From an uncultured virus (IMG/VR IMGVR_UViG_3300002138_000037) (taxonomy: Duplodnaviria; Heunggongvirae; Uroviricota; Caudoviricetes): a stretch of 20,000 nucleotides of DNA. The position numbers and the translations under genes are program-made. The first letter of the stretch is position 1; each line of letters starts with the position of its first letter. Location: the IMG/VR virus record IMGVR_UViG_3300002138_000037, positions 54,281 through 74,280 of that record. One strand, given 5' to 3'. Below, piece after piece: positions 1 to 8,875 of the stretch. Under the pieces are notes generated by a model that had not been told where the DNA came from, searched no databases, and saw nothing but the letters and a program-made list of their open reading frames with translations.

Positions 1-646
1 CCGCATAATTACCATTTTTAATACCACCATCAGCGACAATGTAGAAGTTTTCATACAAATCAGCTTCTTCTGCACACTCCATAATTTCAGTGATATTTCC
101 TCTATTTACACCAGTTGCATCACTCGTTGAACATGCACTTCCACCCGCGATACCGACACGAAAAAGGATGTTAAAACCACAATTATCGAACTCTTTATAC
201 ATTCGGATTCCATCTGCAGAATGAATATTTCCCAACATCAAGTTGGAAACATTGGCTCTGGTACGAAGTTCATATATGACGTTTTTGATTTTGTGTAAAT
301 ACCCATTTGCACAATCAATTAACCAATTAGTTGTTGTATCCTTGAACTTTTCAACTCTATCCCAATCATCCAATCCAATACTGACATAGACATTGGAACC
401 ATTGGTTTTACGGAATGTTTCAAGTTGAATTTCGGGAGTGCAGAATCTATGAATACACACCGTCAGACCCAAATCCGACGCAGCTTTTGCGAAATCTGGA
501 CCAACTACCGCATCCATTGGAGATACGATAATTCTATGTAGTTCTTTTGGAACCAAATCACGACTTGTGAAATTTGGATTAGCCGGTTGTGCAATCAAAT
601 TTATGTCGTTATAATAAATTGATTTTGTTTTGAGTATTTTGGCCAT
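1..646 (-). CDS. GMP reductase / IMP dehydrogenase family protein (3' end runs off the window)
   Basis: Hand translation from ATG at 646: MAKILKTKSIYYNDINLIAQP...IIVSPMDAVV...VCIHRF...LIDCANGY...RVGIAGGSACSTSDATG...IVADGGIKNG. These match IMPDH/GMPR TIM-barrel motifs including the catalytic-Cys loop. IDCANGY is closer to GuaC. No CBS insert is apparent. Confidence 0.88.
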   Translation of the reverse strand, partial: MAKILKTKSIYYNDINLIAQPANPNFTSRDLVPKELHRIIVSPMDAVVGPDFAKAASDLGLTVCIHRFCTPEIQLETFRKTNGSNVYVSIGLDDWDRVEKFKDTTTNWLIDCANGYLHKIKNVIYELRTRANVSNLMLGNIHSADGIRMYKEFDNCGFNILFRVGIAGGSACSTSDATGVNRGNITEIMECAEEADLYENFYIVADGGIKNGNYA

Positions 647-647
647 A

Positions 648-1121
648 TTATTTAGTGTATTCACAAATGTAAACCTCAAACGGCGCATCATCGAAGATGG
701 AATGAATCATTGCGTTGACTACATTCCAATCACCACCAGCTAATGCACAACCCATGTTCTTAGGTAGCCCGATAGATTTTATTGGTTTACCCACACAGTC
801 TTTTCTCATTCCCTCCATAGCCGTGTAAATCGACTCATAGTTCAATTTTCGACTATCCTTACCGTAGTAGTATTGACCATACAAATTGTAGACAAACTTG
901 ATTTTGGTTTCAATGTTTGGTTTGGTGATTGTGGCCACGGAGAACTTACCAAACTTGGTTTTGTCACCAGATTGGGTCTTTAAATCCTCCTGATAAGCCT
1001 CTGGCAACTGCAGTTTTATTTGTTTCGCAATGCCACTTCCCATGGTGCAGAAACAATTGGTACAATGTCCAATTGCATCTACCTCATACGTTAATAAGTC
1101 AATCTTAACTTCTGTTATCAT
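648..1121 (-). CDS. Macrodomain (Appr-1-p processing / ADP-ribose hydrolase family) protein
   Basis: HCTNCFCTMGSGIAKQIK, VYNLYGQY and MGCALAGGDW motifs typical of phage stand-alone macrodomains. Confidence 0.9.
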   Translation of the reverse strand: MITEVKIDLLTYEVDAIGHCTNCFCTMGSGIAKQIKLQLPEAYQEDLKTQSGDKTKFGKFSVATITKPNIETKIKFVYNLYGQYYYGKDSRKLNYESIYTAMEGMRKDCVGKPIKSIGLPKNMGCALAGGDWNVVNAMIHSIFDDAPFEVYICEYTK

Positions 1122-1127
1122 GTCAAT

Positions 1128-1155
1128 ATCATAGACTATTCTTAAAAAACATCAA
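1128..1155 (-). promoter_or_regulatory. Putative sigma70-like promoter for the macrodomain/GMP reductase genes
   Basis: Minus strand TTGATG (1155-1150), 16 nt, TATGAT (1133-1128), with the ATG at 1121 six nt later. The same architecture occurs at 12497-12524. Confidence 0.45.
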
Positions 1156-1186
1156 CATTTTATATTGCTGACTGATATTTATGGGG

Positions 1187-2377
1187 ATGATAAAGTTACG
1201 TGATATTTTGACCGACCCGTTATTTGAGAATCTACATTCTGTGGATGGGGTTTCTAATGATTTGAAATATTCAGATAATCATAAAATCAATTTGAGTGAA
1301 ATAGATTGGAAATCATCTGACTTGGAAGATGTAAAAGTTCAAAGTTGTATGTCCAATGACCAAGTAGTAACTTGGTTGAATAACGAATTGAAACGATACA
1401 CCGATGGTGGTAAAGCAGCTGCAAATATGCCTAGAGTTTCGAGGGGTAATATATTGATAAAAGATACGGCTATAGATATTGATGGATTTATCAAATTATT
1501 GACTACCCCACCAAAAACAATCTTCGACGAGGGTATGAAATCATTGCATACAACAAACGCAGATGTGTTGGTTATTAATACTGGTATTCCCGCTATGAGA
1601 GGGTTTGTTTACGATAAAGAAGACATTAATACCCCATTTAAAGTTGTCAATACCTGTCCCGCAGCTGGAGTTTGTTCTGTCGATTGTTACGCATTACAGG
1701 GATTTTACATCATGAACGATGGGAAAAATATAAAATTAGCCCAAAGATTACAGTTGATAATGGAAAATCCAGAAATGTATCTAAAAATTGGCTATTCGGA
1801 GGCAGAACTATATGCATTCAAAGCTAATCGTGATGGAAAGACTTTAGAAATTCGGTGGAATGATGCGGGAGATTTCTTTTCACAAAGATATTTTAATTTA
1901 GCAACCGTCATTACAAAAAAGTTACTAGAGAATAATTACAAAATAAAGTCCTATTTTTATACAAAAGTGTCTGGTCGTGTTGATATAGGAGAAAAATTGG
2001 GATTCACAGTAACTTTCTCCCAAGGTGGAGTGGAATCAAATCCAACGGCTTCAAAACAATCAATCATCATTCCAACTTCCATGTTTTCGGATATTTTGAA
2101 AAAAACAAAAGGTCGAGGATATGAAAAAGATTTAAAAACTGGAAAAACTTCATTTATAGACGCAGAGGTTGGTAAAGTGGAATTGAAACGAAGGATTTTT
2201 GAGAAATATAAAGACCAATTACCGGGATTGACTTTGGAATCTATTATGTACACCGACGAGTTGCCTCCTAACGAAGAATCTCCGGGTAAATTTTCCGCTA
2301 TTATATTACCAAGTGGTGATAGTGATAGACCAGCTCAACGAAAAGATGTAAGATACATATTCTTACTAAAACATTAA
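1187..2377 (+). CDS. GP88-like protein with a Cys triad (putative Fe-S / radical-SAM-like)
   Basis: TCPAAGVCSVDCYA and IRWNDAGDFFS resemble the phage Gp88 family signature. Start at 1187 is preferred over 1181 because the TATTTAT motif (1176-1182) overlaps the first ATG. Confidence 0.6.
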   Translation: MIKLRDILTDPLFENLHSVDGVSNDLKYSDNHKINLSEIDWKSSDLEDVKVQSCMSNDQVVTWLNNELKRYTDGGKAAANMPRVSRGNILIKDTAIDIDGFIKLLTTPPKTIFDEGMKSLHTTNADVLVINTGIPAMRGFVYDKEDINTPFKVVNTCPAAGVCSVDCYALQGFYIMNDGKNIKLAQRLQLIMENPEMYLKIGYSEAELYAFKANRDGKTLEIRWNDAGDFFSQRYFNLATVITKKLLENNYKIKSYFYTKVSGRVDIGEKLGFTVTFSQGGVESNPTASKQSIIIPTSMFSDILKKTKGRGYEKDLKTGKTSFIDAEVGKVELKRRIFEKYKDQLPGLTLESIMYTDELPPNEESPGKFSAIILPSGDSDRPAQRKDVRYIFLLKH

Positions 2378-2379
2378 TT

Positions 2380-2592
2380 ATGAAAAAAGAAGAGTTAAAA
2401 AAATTGATAAAAGAACAATTGCTGGAATCCGATGGTGTTTCAACGGTAACACTATCGTCAAATACAAGCAAAGCAGTTATAATTAAAGGTGATGCTTCAA
2501 ACGAAGGATATATGGTTACTAATTTATCACCGAATGACATCACCGTTGAAATCAAACGTGTAAGTGTTGGTACGTTTATAACAATCAAGTAA
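2380..2592 (+). CDS. Small hypothetical protein with MKKEELKKLIKEQLLE leader
   Basis: 70-aa ORF starting 2 nt after the previous stop; amphipathic basic N-terminus resembling the ORF at 16864. Confidence 0.7.
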   Translation: MKKEELKKLIKEQLLESDGVSTVTLSSNTSKAVIIKGDASNEGYMVTNLSPNDITVEIKRVSVGTFITIK

Positions 2593-2634
2593 ATTAAAAT
2601 TCCAAGTATAGAACGTTTATTTAGTATTTTTTAC

Positions 2635-2642
2635 TATTTATA
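2635..2642 (+). promoter_or_regulatory. TATTTATA putative late-promoter element
   Basis: Six nt upstream of the neck gene ATG; the motif recurs upstream of most structural genes. Confidence 0.65.
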
Positions 2643-2648
2643 GGTTAT

Positions 2649-3854
2649 ATGTCTATTGGAATTGATCAAGATAGAGTTCGTTGGCCCGGAAGTGGTTCCG
2701 CCGTATCAGGTTCCACGCCTTATGGGTTTTTTGATACCGACGCTTACTTCGTATCCGACTGTGCTAATTCCGCAAAGTGGGCCGCAATTCGATTAGGTTA
2801 CCCAATCGTTGATATAGAATTGATTGATATCAATTTTTATGCAGCATTTGAAGAAGCGGTTGCAGAATATGGAGCCCAAGTCAATCAATTTAACATCAAA
2901 AACAACTACCTTAATTTAATAGGTCAGTCACGAAGTAGTGAAGTTGGTGGTAAAGTTGTGATTCCAGATGGTTTAAATTATGTTGTCGGATTAGCCGGTG
3001 CATATGGTAGCGAAGCTTTGGTTGGTGGTAAAACTGATTTGAAAAAAGGTTATATCGCTACCACAGTAGGAGAACAAAATTATGATTTACAAAGTTTGTG
3101 GGGAGATGTATCAGAAAGTTTTGGTCGTATCGAAATACGTAAAATTTATCACGCACCACCTCCAGCTTTTGCCCGTATTTATGACCCATTTAGTATGACG
3201 GGTATGAGTTACAGCAATGTTCTCAATGAAATGGGATTTGCTGGTTATTCACCCGCTACGCAATTTTTGATGACTCCAATATTCGAAGATTTGCTTCGAG
3301 GACAGGCAATTGAATTCAATGATATGGTTCGTAAAAGTGGTTATAGTTTTGAATTGGTAAACAATAAACTACGTGTATTTCCAATTCCAACTAGTGAATT
3401 CAATCTTTACTTTGAATACTACGTTGAATCGGAAAAATTAGCCGCATCATTTGGTTCTGGTTCGGCATACGAGAAGTCATCGGATTATTCGAATATTCCG
3501 TATCAAAATATTCCATATTACACAATCAATTCAGTTGGTAAACAGTGGATTAAAAAATATTTCTTAACCTTGTGTAAGGAATTGTTAGGAGCAGTTCGTC
3601 AGAAGTATGCAACGGTTGTTATTCCGGGTGGGGAAACGACTTTGGATGGAGCAGAATTAAAAAGCGAAGCCGCAACAGAACGAGAACTTTTGATAGAACA
3701 ACTACGTGAAATGTTAGAATCTATGACGTCGGATAAACAATTGGAAGCTAGTGCAAACAAGTCGGAAAAAACAATGACAGTATTGAAAACTGTTCCGTCT
3801 TTAATCTATATAGGTGTTTGGATGTTTGGATTACTATTTATAGGATGTGGATAA
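2649..3854 (+). CDS. Neck / head-tail adaptor protein (T4 gp13-like)
   Basis: RLGYPIVDIEL, WIKKYFLTLCKELLGAVRQKY, IPGGETTLDGAEL and terminal P-x-x-IYIG are gp13-like motifs; it is the first gene of the neck/tail cluster. Confidence 0.75.
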   Translation: MSIGIDQDRVRWPGSGSAVSGSTPYGFFDTDAYFVSDCANSAKWAAIRLGYPIVDIELIDINFYAAFEEAVAEYGAQVNQFNIKNNYLNLIGQSRSSEVGGKVVIPDGLNYVVGLAGAYGSEALVGGKTDLKKGYIATTVGEQNYDLQSLWGDVSESFGRIEIRKIYHAPPPAFARIYDPFSMTGMSYSNVLNEMGFAGYSPATQFLMTPIFEDLLRGQAIEFNDMVRKSGYSFELVNNKLRVFPIPTSEFNLYFEYYVESEKLAASFGSGSAYEKSSDYSNIPYQNIPYYTINSVGKQWIKKYFLTLCKELLGAVRQKYATVVIPGGETTLDGAELKSEAATERELLIEQLREMLESMTSDKQLEASANKSEKTMTVLKTVPSLIYIGVWMFGLLFIGCG

Positions 3855-4740
3855 AAATTTATCATGTCAATTATGTCACACGCCGTATAAAAATTTTAGA
3901 TTATTGGGCATTCACATAGTTCGATTTCATAAAATGAAAACGTGGGAATACTATAATAAATTTATTGGAAATATTGGTCAGTGTCAAAGATGTTCGAGTA
4001 AGACTAATTTTATAAATTTATCCAAAGGATACTCTAACTGTTGTGGACAGAGATGCTCTAAATTATTAGATTGTCAGAATCCAGATTATATAAAAAAAAT
4101 ATCTGATGGGACAAAAAAAGCTATGAATCGGGATGATGTTAAGAAAAAAATGGCGGATTATAGAAGTAAACCATTGTCGAAAAATACTATTTCAAAGATG
4201 TCACAATCTGCGAAAGAAAAATTCATAAAAAATCCAGAACTTAAATCTAAAATTTATACCGATGAAAGAAATAGAAAAATTTCACAATCTAAAATTAGAT
4301 ATTGGGAGAATAATGAAATCGAAAAAAAAAGAGTAGGTAAAATATGGACTATTTGGAAAGAAAGAGATGAAGTTGGATGGAGAAAACATCTCATGTCTGC
4401 GTCCAAAATAGGATTTAATAAAATCTACGCACGAAATGGTGGAGATACTTCACTGGAAGTGAAAATATATAAAATGTTAGAAGTCGAAAAAATAAATTAT
4501 ATTAAAAAATATGAATTGGGTGGGAAAGTTTACGATGCTTTTTTACCAGACTATAATATTTTATTGGAAGTGGATGGGGATTTCTGGCATAAAAATTCCA
4601 TTGAGGAATGTGTTTATGATTTTCAGAAAGAATCGTATTATAATGATATTTTAAAAAATTCCATAGCGGATGATAATCATATAAAGATTGTGAGAATAAA
4701 AGAAAAACAAATACCCCTAACTATCAAGGAAATATTGTAA
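3847..4740 (+). CDS. Free-standing putative homing endonuclease: C2H2 Zn finger + helical DNA-binding repeats + Vsr/DUF559-like PD-(D/E)XK domain
   Basis: CQLC...HIVRFH at the N-terminus; TSLEVKIYKML...YDAFLPDYNILLEVDGDFWH...ND..K at the C-terminus. Lys-rich and more AT-rich than its neighbours. GTG start preceded by TATTTATA at 3835-3842. Confidence 0.8.
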   Translation: MDKNLSCQLCHTPYKNFRLLGIHIVRFHKMKTWEYYNKFIGNIGQCQRCSSKTNFINLSKGYSNCCGQRCSKLLDCQNPDYIKKISDGTKKAMNRDDVKKKMADYRSKPLSKNTISKMSQSAKEKFIKNPELKSKIYTDERNRKISQSKIRYWENNEIEKKRVGKIWTIWKERDEVGWRKHLMSASKIGFNKIYARNGGDTSLEVKIYKMLEVEKINYIKKYELGGKVYDAFLPDYNILLEVDGDFWHKNSIEECVYDFQKESYYNDILKNSIADDNHIKIVRIKEKQIPLTIKEIL

Positions 4741-4741
4741 T

Positions 4742-5218
4742 ATGGCAGATTATCTAGGACGTTATCATTCACCGAGAGATAGACGATTTTTCGATTCTAT
4801 CAATGCGGAATTGATGGGAGATATTATCCAAACATTAGTAGTGTTGTATAAAATCGCCCCAAACGAAACTATTACAAACATGTATGGTGAAACGAGTCAA
4901 GCAACTGGTAAATTTTATTTTCCGGGCATTGAAATGACATCCATTGTTGATAGAGGGGATATAACCACGGAAGATGAAAATTTTGGTCCAGATAGAGTTC
5001 AATTATCGGTATTTAAATTCCGAGAAAAAATGCTGCAACAGGTTGGGTTTTTTCCACAGGTGGGGGATTTGATATTTTTCAACGAAATGTATTTTGAAAT
5101 TGATAACGTAGTGCAGCAGCAGTTTGATGGTGGACAACCAGATAAAAGTAGATCTATTATCTGCAATACACATTATAGCCGACTTAGTAAAATCAACTTG
5201 GCGGCTCGGCAGAGTTAA
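4742..5218 (+). CDS. Head closure / neck protein (T4 gp14-like)
   Basis: Position between gp13-like and gp15-like genes; NMYGE and PQVGDLIFFNEMYFEIDNV motifs typical of head-closure beta-barrels. Confidence 0.65.
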   Translation: MADYLGRYHSPRDRRFFDSINAELMGDIIQTLVVLYKIAPNETITNMYGETSQATGKFYFPGIEMTSIVDRGDITTEDENFGPDRVQLSVFKFREKMLQQVGFFPQVGDLIFFNEMYFEIDNVVQQQFDGGQPDKSRSIICNTHYSRLSKINLAARQS

Positions 5219-6143
5219 ATTTTTTTATAGGAAAAGTTGTTTTGGGATTTTTTTTCCAAAAATTCCAATCAGATTCCCATATAAAATAAACTTTATATCC
5301 TAATTTTGAGAGTTTTTCAAATCTCGTAAACGTTTCTTTATGTAAATCTAAAAATGTTTTATTTGTTATTGGGTTGATTGATGATGGATTGTATTTTTTT
5401 AAATTTCCATGCCAAAAATCACCCAAAAATTCAAATATTCGGTTACCATTAATTCCATCAACGTGAATTTTTCCAATATTCAAATACACCTGCCTATTTT
5501 CAATTTTTATATTTAGGTAATTTAAAAAATCACTTTCGGGTTTGGATATAGTTTTACCGCACTTCGGACATCCATGACCTTTTAAATGGTGACTTGCAGA
5601 CTGATTAAACGCACCGTGTTTTGAACATATTATTGTGATTTTATTTGAACGTCCGGTATATACCAACTTGTTATAATCATATTTATGATTATGAACCACA
5701 TTTGACTCATTAACAAATTGTTCTTTGGATTTTAGAAATTTAGTCGATTTTTTTATTAAACTACATTGTGGGCAATGATTTGGTTTTAGGTGATTATTGG
5801 GAGTTTGTTCAAAAATACCATGCGTCGAACATATTATTTTAACCCGTTTGTTCCAATTTTCATAACATACCATTGAATAATCATATGAGTTCCCATGAAT
5901 TATTTGTGCTTTTTTTAAGAAAAATGTGGTGTCTAACTGACTTCCCCGACTCATACACATTTTACATCCACATATACCTAATAGATGGTTTCTTGGTGTT
6001 TGTAGGAATTCACCATGTATTTTACATATAATAATGACGTTTGACAGTCTATTTTCATATATAGTTTTACTATAATCGTATTTTTTTCCAAACTTAACAT
6101 ATGACTTTGTTAAAAAATCTTCCCCGGTCATCTTTTTTGGCAT
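5193..6143 (-). CDS. Free-standing putative homing endonuclease: three DUF723-like Zn-ribbon repeats + PD-(D/E)XK nuclease
   Basis: Three repeats of YDY..(IIC..HG.F.Q....HL....C..C); C-terminal SKPESDFL...VDG...IFEFLGDFWHGN...IWESDW. Start placed at MPKKMTG (6143) rather than the GTG at 6191. Confidence 0.82.
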   Translation of the reverse strand: MPKKMTGEDFLTKSYVKFGKKYDYSKTIYENRLSNVIIICKIHGEFLQTPRNHLLGICGCKMCMSRGSQLDTTFFLKKAQIIHGNSYDYSMVCYENWNKRVKIICSTHGIFEQTPNNHLKPNHCPQCSLIKKSTKFLKSKEQFVNESNVVHNHKYDYNKLVYTGRSNKITIICSKHGAFNQSASHHLKGHGCPKCGKTISKPESDFLNYLNIKIENRQVYLNIGKIHVDGINGNRIFEFLGDFWHGNLKKYNPSSINPITNKTFLDLHKETFTRFEKLSKLGYKVYFIWESDWNFWKKNPKTTFPIKKFNSAEPPS

Positions 6144-6208
6144 AATATCGGAGATAACTATCAAAATAAGTAGTAATACCACAAACTCCACTATTTATAT
6201 TAGATATT

Positions 6209-7156
6209 ATGGCGTGGAAAGGTGATACCAATAATCCGACACCAAATGGTTTACAATTTGGTGCAAATGTGAGTGATGTTAAAGTTACTGAAAACAGAGC
6301 TTTAAATACACGTCGTGATCAGGATTCTAACAAGGACTTCACCGTAAATCTTCTTGATATTGATTTAACGATTCTCGAATATATTGATAAGACAATTGAT
6401 ATTAAAGTCTTGGATAATGGTGAGAGTGTCAAGGTTCCAATACATTATGCGTCACCGGAAAAATGGAAAGCGATGCAACAAGATGGTGTGTTACGTGACC
6501 AACAAGGTAAATTACAATTACCCGTTGTGGTTTTTACACGTAGTTCTTTTGCCAAAGATGCATCGTTAATGACTCCAAATCGTCACTTGACATATCCAGT
6601 GATGAAGAAATTTGATGCAAAGAATAAATACGACAAGTTTTCTATTTTGAATAATTATGTTGCACCGACTCATCAAGTTTTTGCGGTGACATTACCCGAC
6701 CATATTGACATTACTTACGAATTTACCTGTTGGTGTGAATTCATCGAACAGATGAACACTGTGATTCAGAAGATAAACTTCGCATGTGAAGAATATTGGG
6801 GTGACCCGAAACGATTCAAGTTCCGAGTTTATGCGGATTCTTATGCGTTCACCACGGAAAATTCTGGTGACAAGGATAGAATGGTTCGGTCAACTTTTAC
6901 GTTGAAAGTAAAAGCATATTTACTCGAAGAATCCTTTGAAAGTAGAGAAAATACCGTAAAACGTAGTTTAACGCCACGGGTAGTCAAGATTGGAACGGAA
7001 ATTGTTTCATCAAAACAAATGGGTGAGATAAACACCAATTTGAATAAGACGGTGTATAAAAAACCATTTGGTTATACGCAGAAAGATGGAATTATGGTTC
7101 CAGATGGTGAGACTTTCGAGAAACCAAAAATCAACGTCGATGGGGATGGCATTTGA
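6209..7156 (+). CDS. Tail terminator / sheath stabiliser (T4 gp15-like)
   Basis: KVPIHYASPEKW, LQLPVV and P...DITYEF..W...IEQMN motifs; located between neck genes and sheath; TATTTATA at 6192-6199. Confidence 0.75.
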   Translation: MAWKGDTNNPTPNGLQFGANVSDVKVTENRALNTRRDQDSNKDFTVNLLDIDLTILEYIDKTIDIKVLDNGESVKVPIHYASPEKWKAMQQDGVLRDQQGKLQLPVVVFTRSSFAKDASLMTPNRHLTYPVMKKFDAKNKYDKFSILNNYVAPTHQVFAVTLPDHIDITYEFTCWCEFIEQMNTVIQKINFACEEYWGDPKRFKFRVYADSYAFTTENSGDKDRMVRSTFTLKVKAYLLEESFESRENTVKRSLTPRVVKIGTEIVSSKQMGEINTNLNKTVYKKPFGYTQKDGIMVPDGETFEKPKINVDGDGI

Positions 7157-7270
7157 TGGTAATTTCCATTATATCTACGTCAATGGTCGATGGAAAAGAC
7201 ATTCAATTGCACAATGGGAATCATTATAAAATATTCCAATAACAAAGAGTAAGTGTATCATTCAATTAAT

Positions 7271-8410
7271 ATGAATAAATTGACATTTGATATATGTCAA
7301 AATGTTTTCTTACTGATTAAAACAGGTAAGTCGTTTGATAAATCGTTACACATTGTCAACCAATTACAATATCAAATAAATCAACTTGGTTTGACGTTTG
7401 ATATTGTATTCTACGACATTGAAAATAAGTTGTATAAATCATATAAATTCACGGATTTGATTTATAGTGAGGAAAGCAATTGGGTGACGAATGTAGAGGA
7501 TTTGACATATATTAAAAATGCAATGGGATTGTATTTTGATAAATTACGAATAGAAAAAATGTCCGATGAGTTTGTTACTTTGTCCAAAAAATTTTTGAAA
7601 ACCACTGAGATGTTGGATAAACCGATAACCGGTGGGAAAAATTTGGTTTACTTCTCCATTGGTTATGATTTGAAATATGTGAATTTATGTAAGATTGCAA
7701 TTCAATCTATTCTCCAAAATACCACATCGAAAAACTTCGATATTCTGATACTCCATTCAGATTCATTGGATGTGAAATCACAATTTGACGAATTCCACGA
7801 ATACAACCTTAGATTCTTTCCTATGAGTGGGTTTGAGAATGGGGTGAAATCATCTATGAAAAAATTGGAAATATTCAAATATCCAGACATATTGACATAT
7901 GACAATATTCTGTTTTTGGACGCTGATATTGTAGTTAATATGGATATTTCAAAACTACTCAATCATTCGTTATGTGATGGAGTTTTATATTCCACGATAC
8001 ATGATTCTACGGATAACAACTTACATCAAACTAAATTTCACACAATCAGAAAATACAATTCGGTTGAAATGAAAAACTTTGAAGATAAAAACATCCGAGT
8101 TTTCAACGCAGGTCAGTTTCTTTTCAAATCATCACGTAAAATGATGACGCATTTTGATAATATCTTAGAGTTCATATGTGGTTGGAAAAAATCATATTTT
8201 TACGAACAGTCGTTCATGAATTACTATTTCAATTACCATGAAAAATCCGACACTAAACTCTTATCCGAGTATGTTTCGATTGTGTATATAGATAAGTGTC
8301 CAAATTTCAATCTACAAAAGATGAAACCAATTATCCACTATGCAGGTGAAGCATGTAATGGTGATTTTAAATTAAAATTTGTCGAAAAACACTTTCCCGA
8401 ATACTTATAA
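7271..8410 (+). CDS. Glycosyltransferase family 8 with an N-terminal extension
   Basis: ILFLDADIVV (DxD), FNAGQF, EQSFMNYYF and IIHYAG are GT8 motifs. About 120 extra N-terminal residues. Start is either 7253 (GTG) or 7271 (ATG). Confidence 0.85.
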   Translation: MNKLTFDICQNVFLLIKTGKSFDKSLHIVNQLQYQINQLGLTFDIVFYDIENKLYKSYKFTDLIYSEESNWVTNVEDLTYIKNAMGLYFDKLRIEKMSDEFVTLSKKFLKTTEMLDKPITGGKNLVYFSIGYDLKYVNLCKIAIQSILQNTTSKNFDILILHSDSLDVKSQFDEFHEYNLRFFPMSGFENGVKSSMKKLEIFKYPDILTYDNILFLDADIVVNMDISKLLNHSLCDGVLYSTIHDSTDNNLHQTKFHTIRKYNSVEMKNFEDKNIRVFNAGQFLFKSSRKMMTHFDNILEFICGWKKSYFYEQSFMNYYFNYHEKSDTKLLSEYVSIVYIDKCPNFNLQKMKPIIHYAGEACNGDFKLKFVEKHFPEYL

Positions 8411-8416
8411 CTGGTT

Positions 8417-8692
8417 ATGAATACAATTAAATTTACGGACGAAGAAATCAATTCTATAAAAACTGTTCAAAAGTCATATGAAGAAAAATTGATACTATTT
8501 GGTCAATTGAGTCTCGAACGAATTGCTATCGAAGATGCTATAAAACAGTTAAATGTGGCCGAAAACTCTGCTAGAGAAGAGTATATGAATCTCCAAAAAG
8601 AAGAACAAAAACTTATAGAAACCCTCAGTTCTAAGTATGGTGATGGTAGTTTGAACCTCAAAGATGGTACTTTTGTCCCATCTTCCAAATAA
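8417..8692 (+). CDS. Small coiled-coil hypothetical protein (KYGDGSLNL..G.F C-terminus)
   Basis: 91-aa helical Glu/Lys-rich ORF co-oriented with and directly after the GT8 gene. Confidence 0.75.
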   Translation: MNTIKFTDEEINSIKTVQKSYEEKLILFGQLSLERIAIEDAIKQLNVAENSAREEYMNLQKEEQKLIETLSSKYGDGSLNLKDGTFVPSSK

Positions 8693-8875
8693 AGTTATAA
8701 ATAGATGTTGTTTCGAAAATTTAGATATATTTATATTTAGATTTTCGTATGTCCATTTATAAAAATACATTTAAAACCGCCATAATGTTAGATATGACTC
8801 ATATACTAATGAAAATAAATGTGTATATCGAGAAATTAATAAACAATTATCAGAAAAATAAAAGGAGTATAAGCC

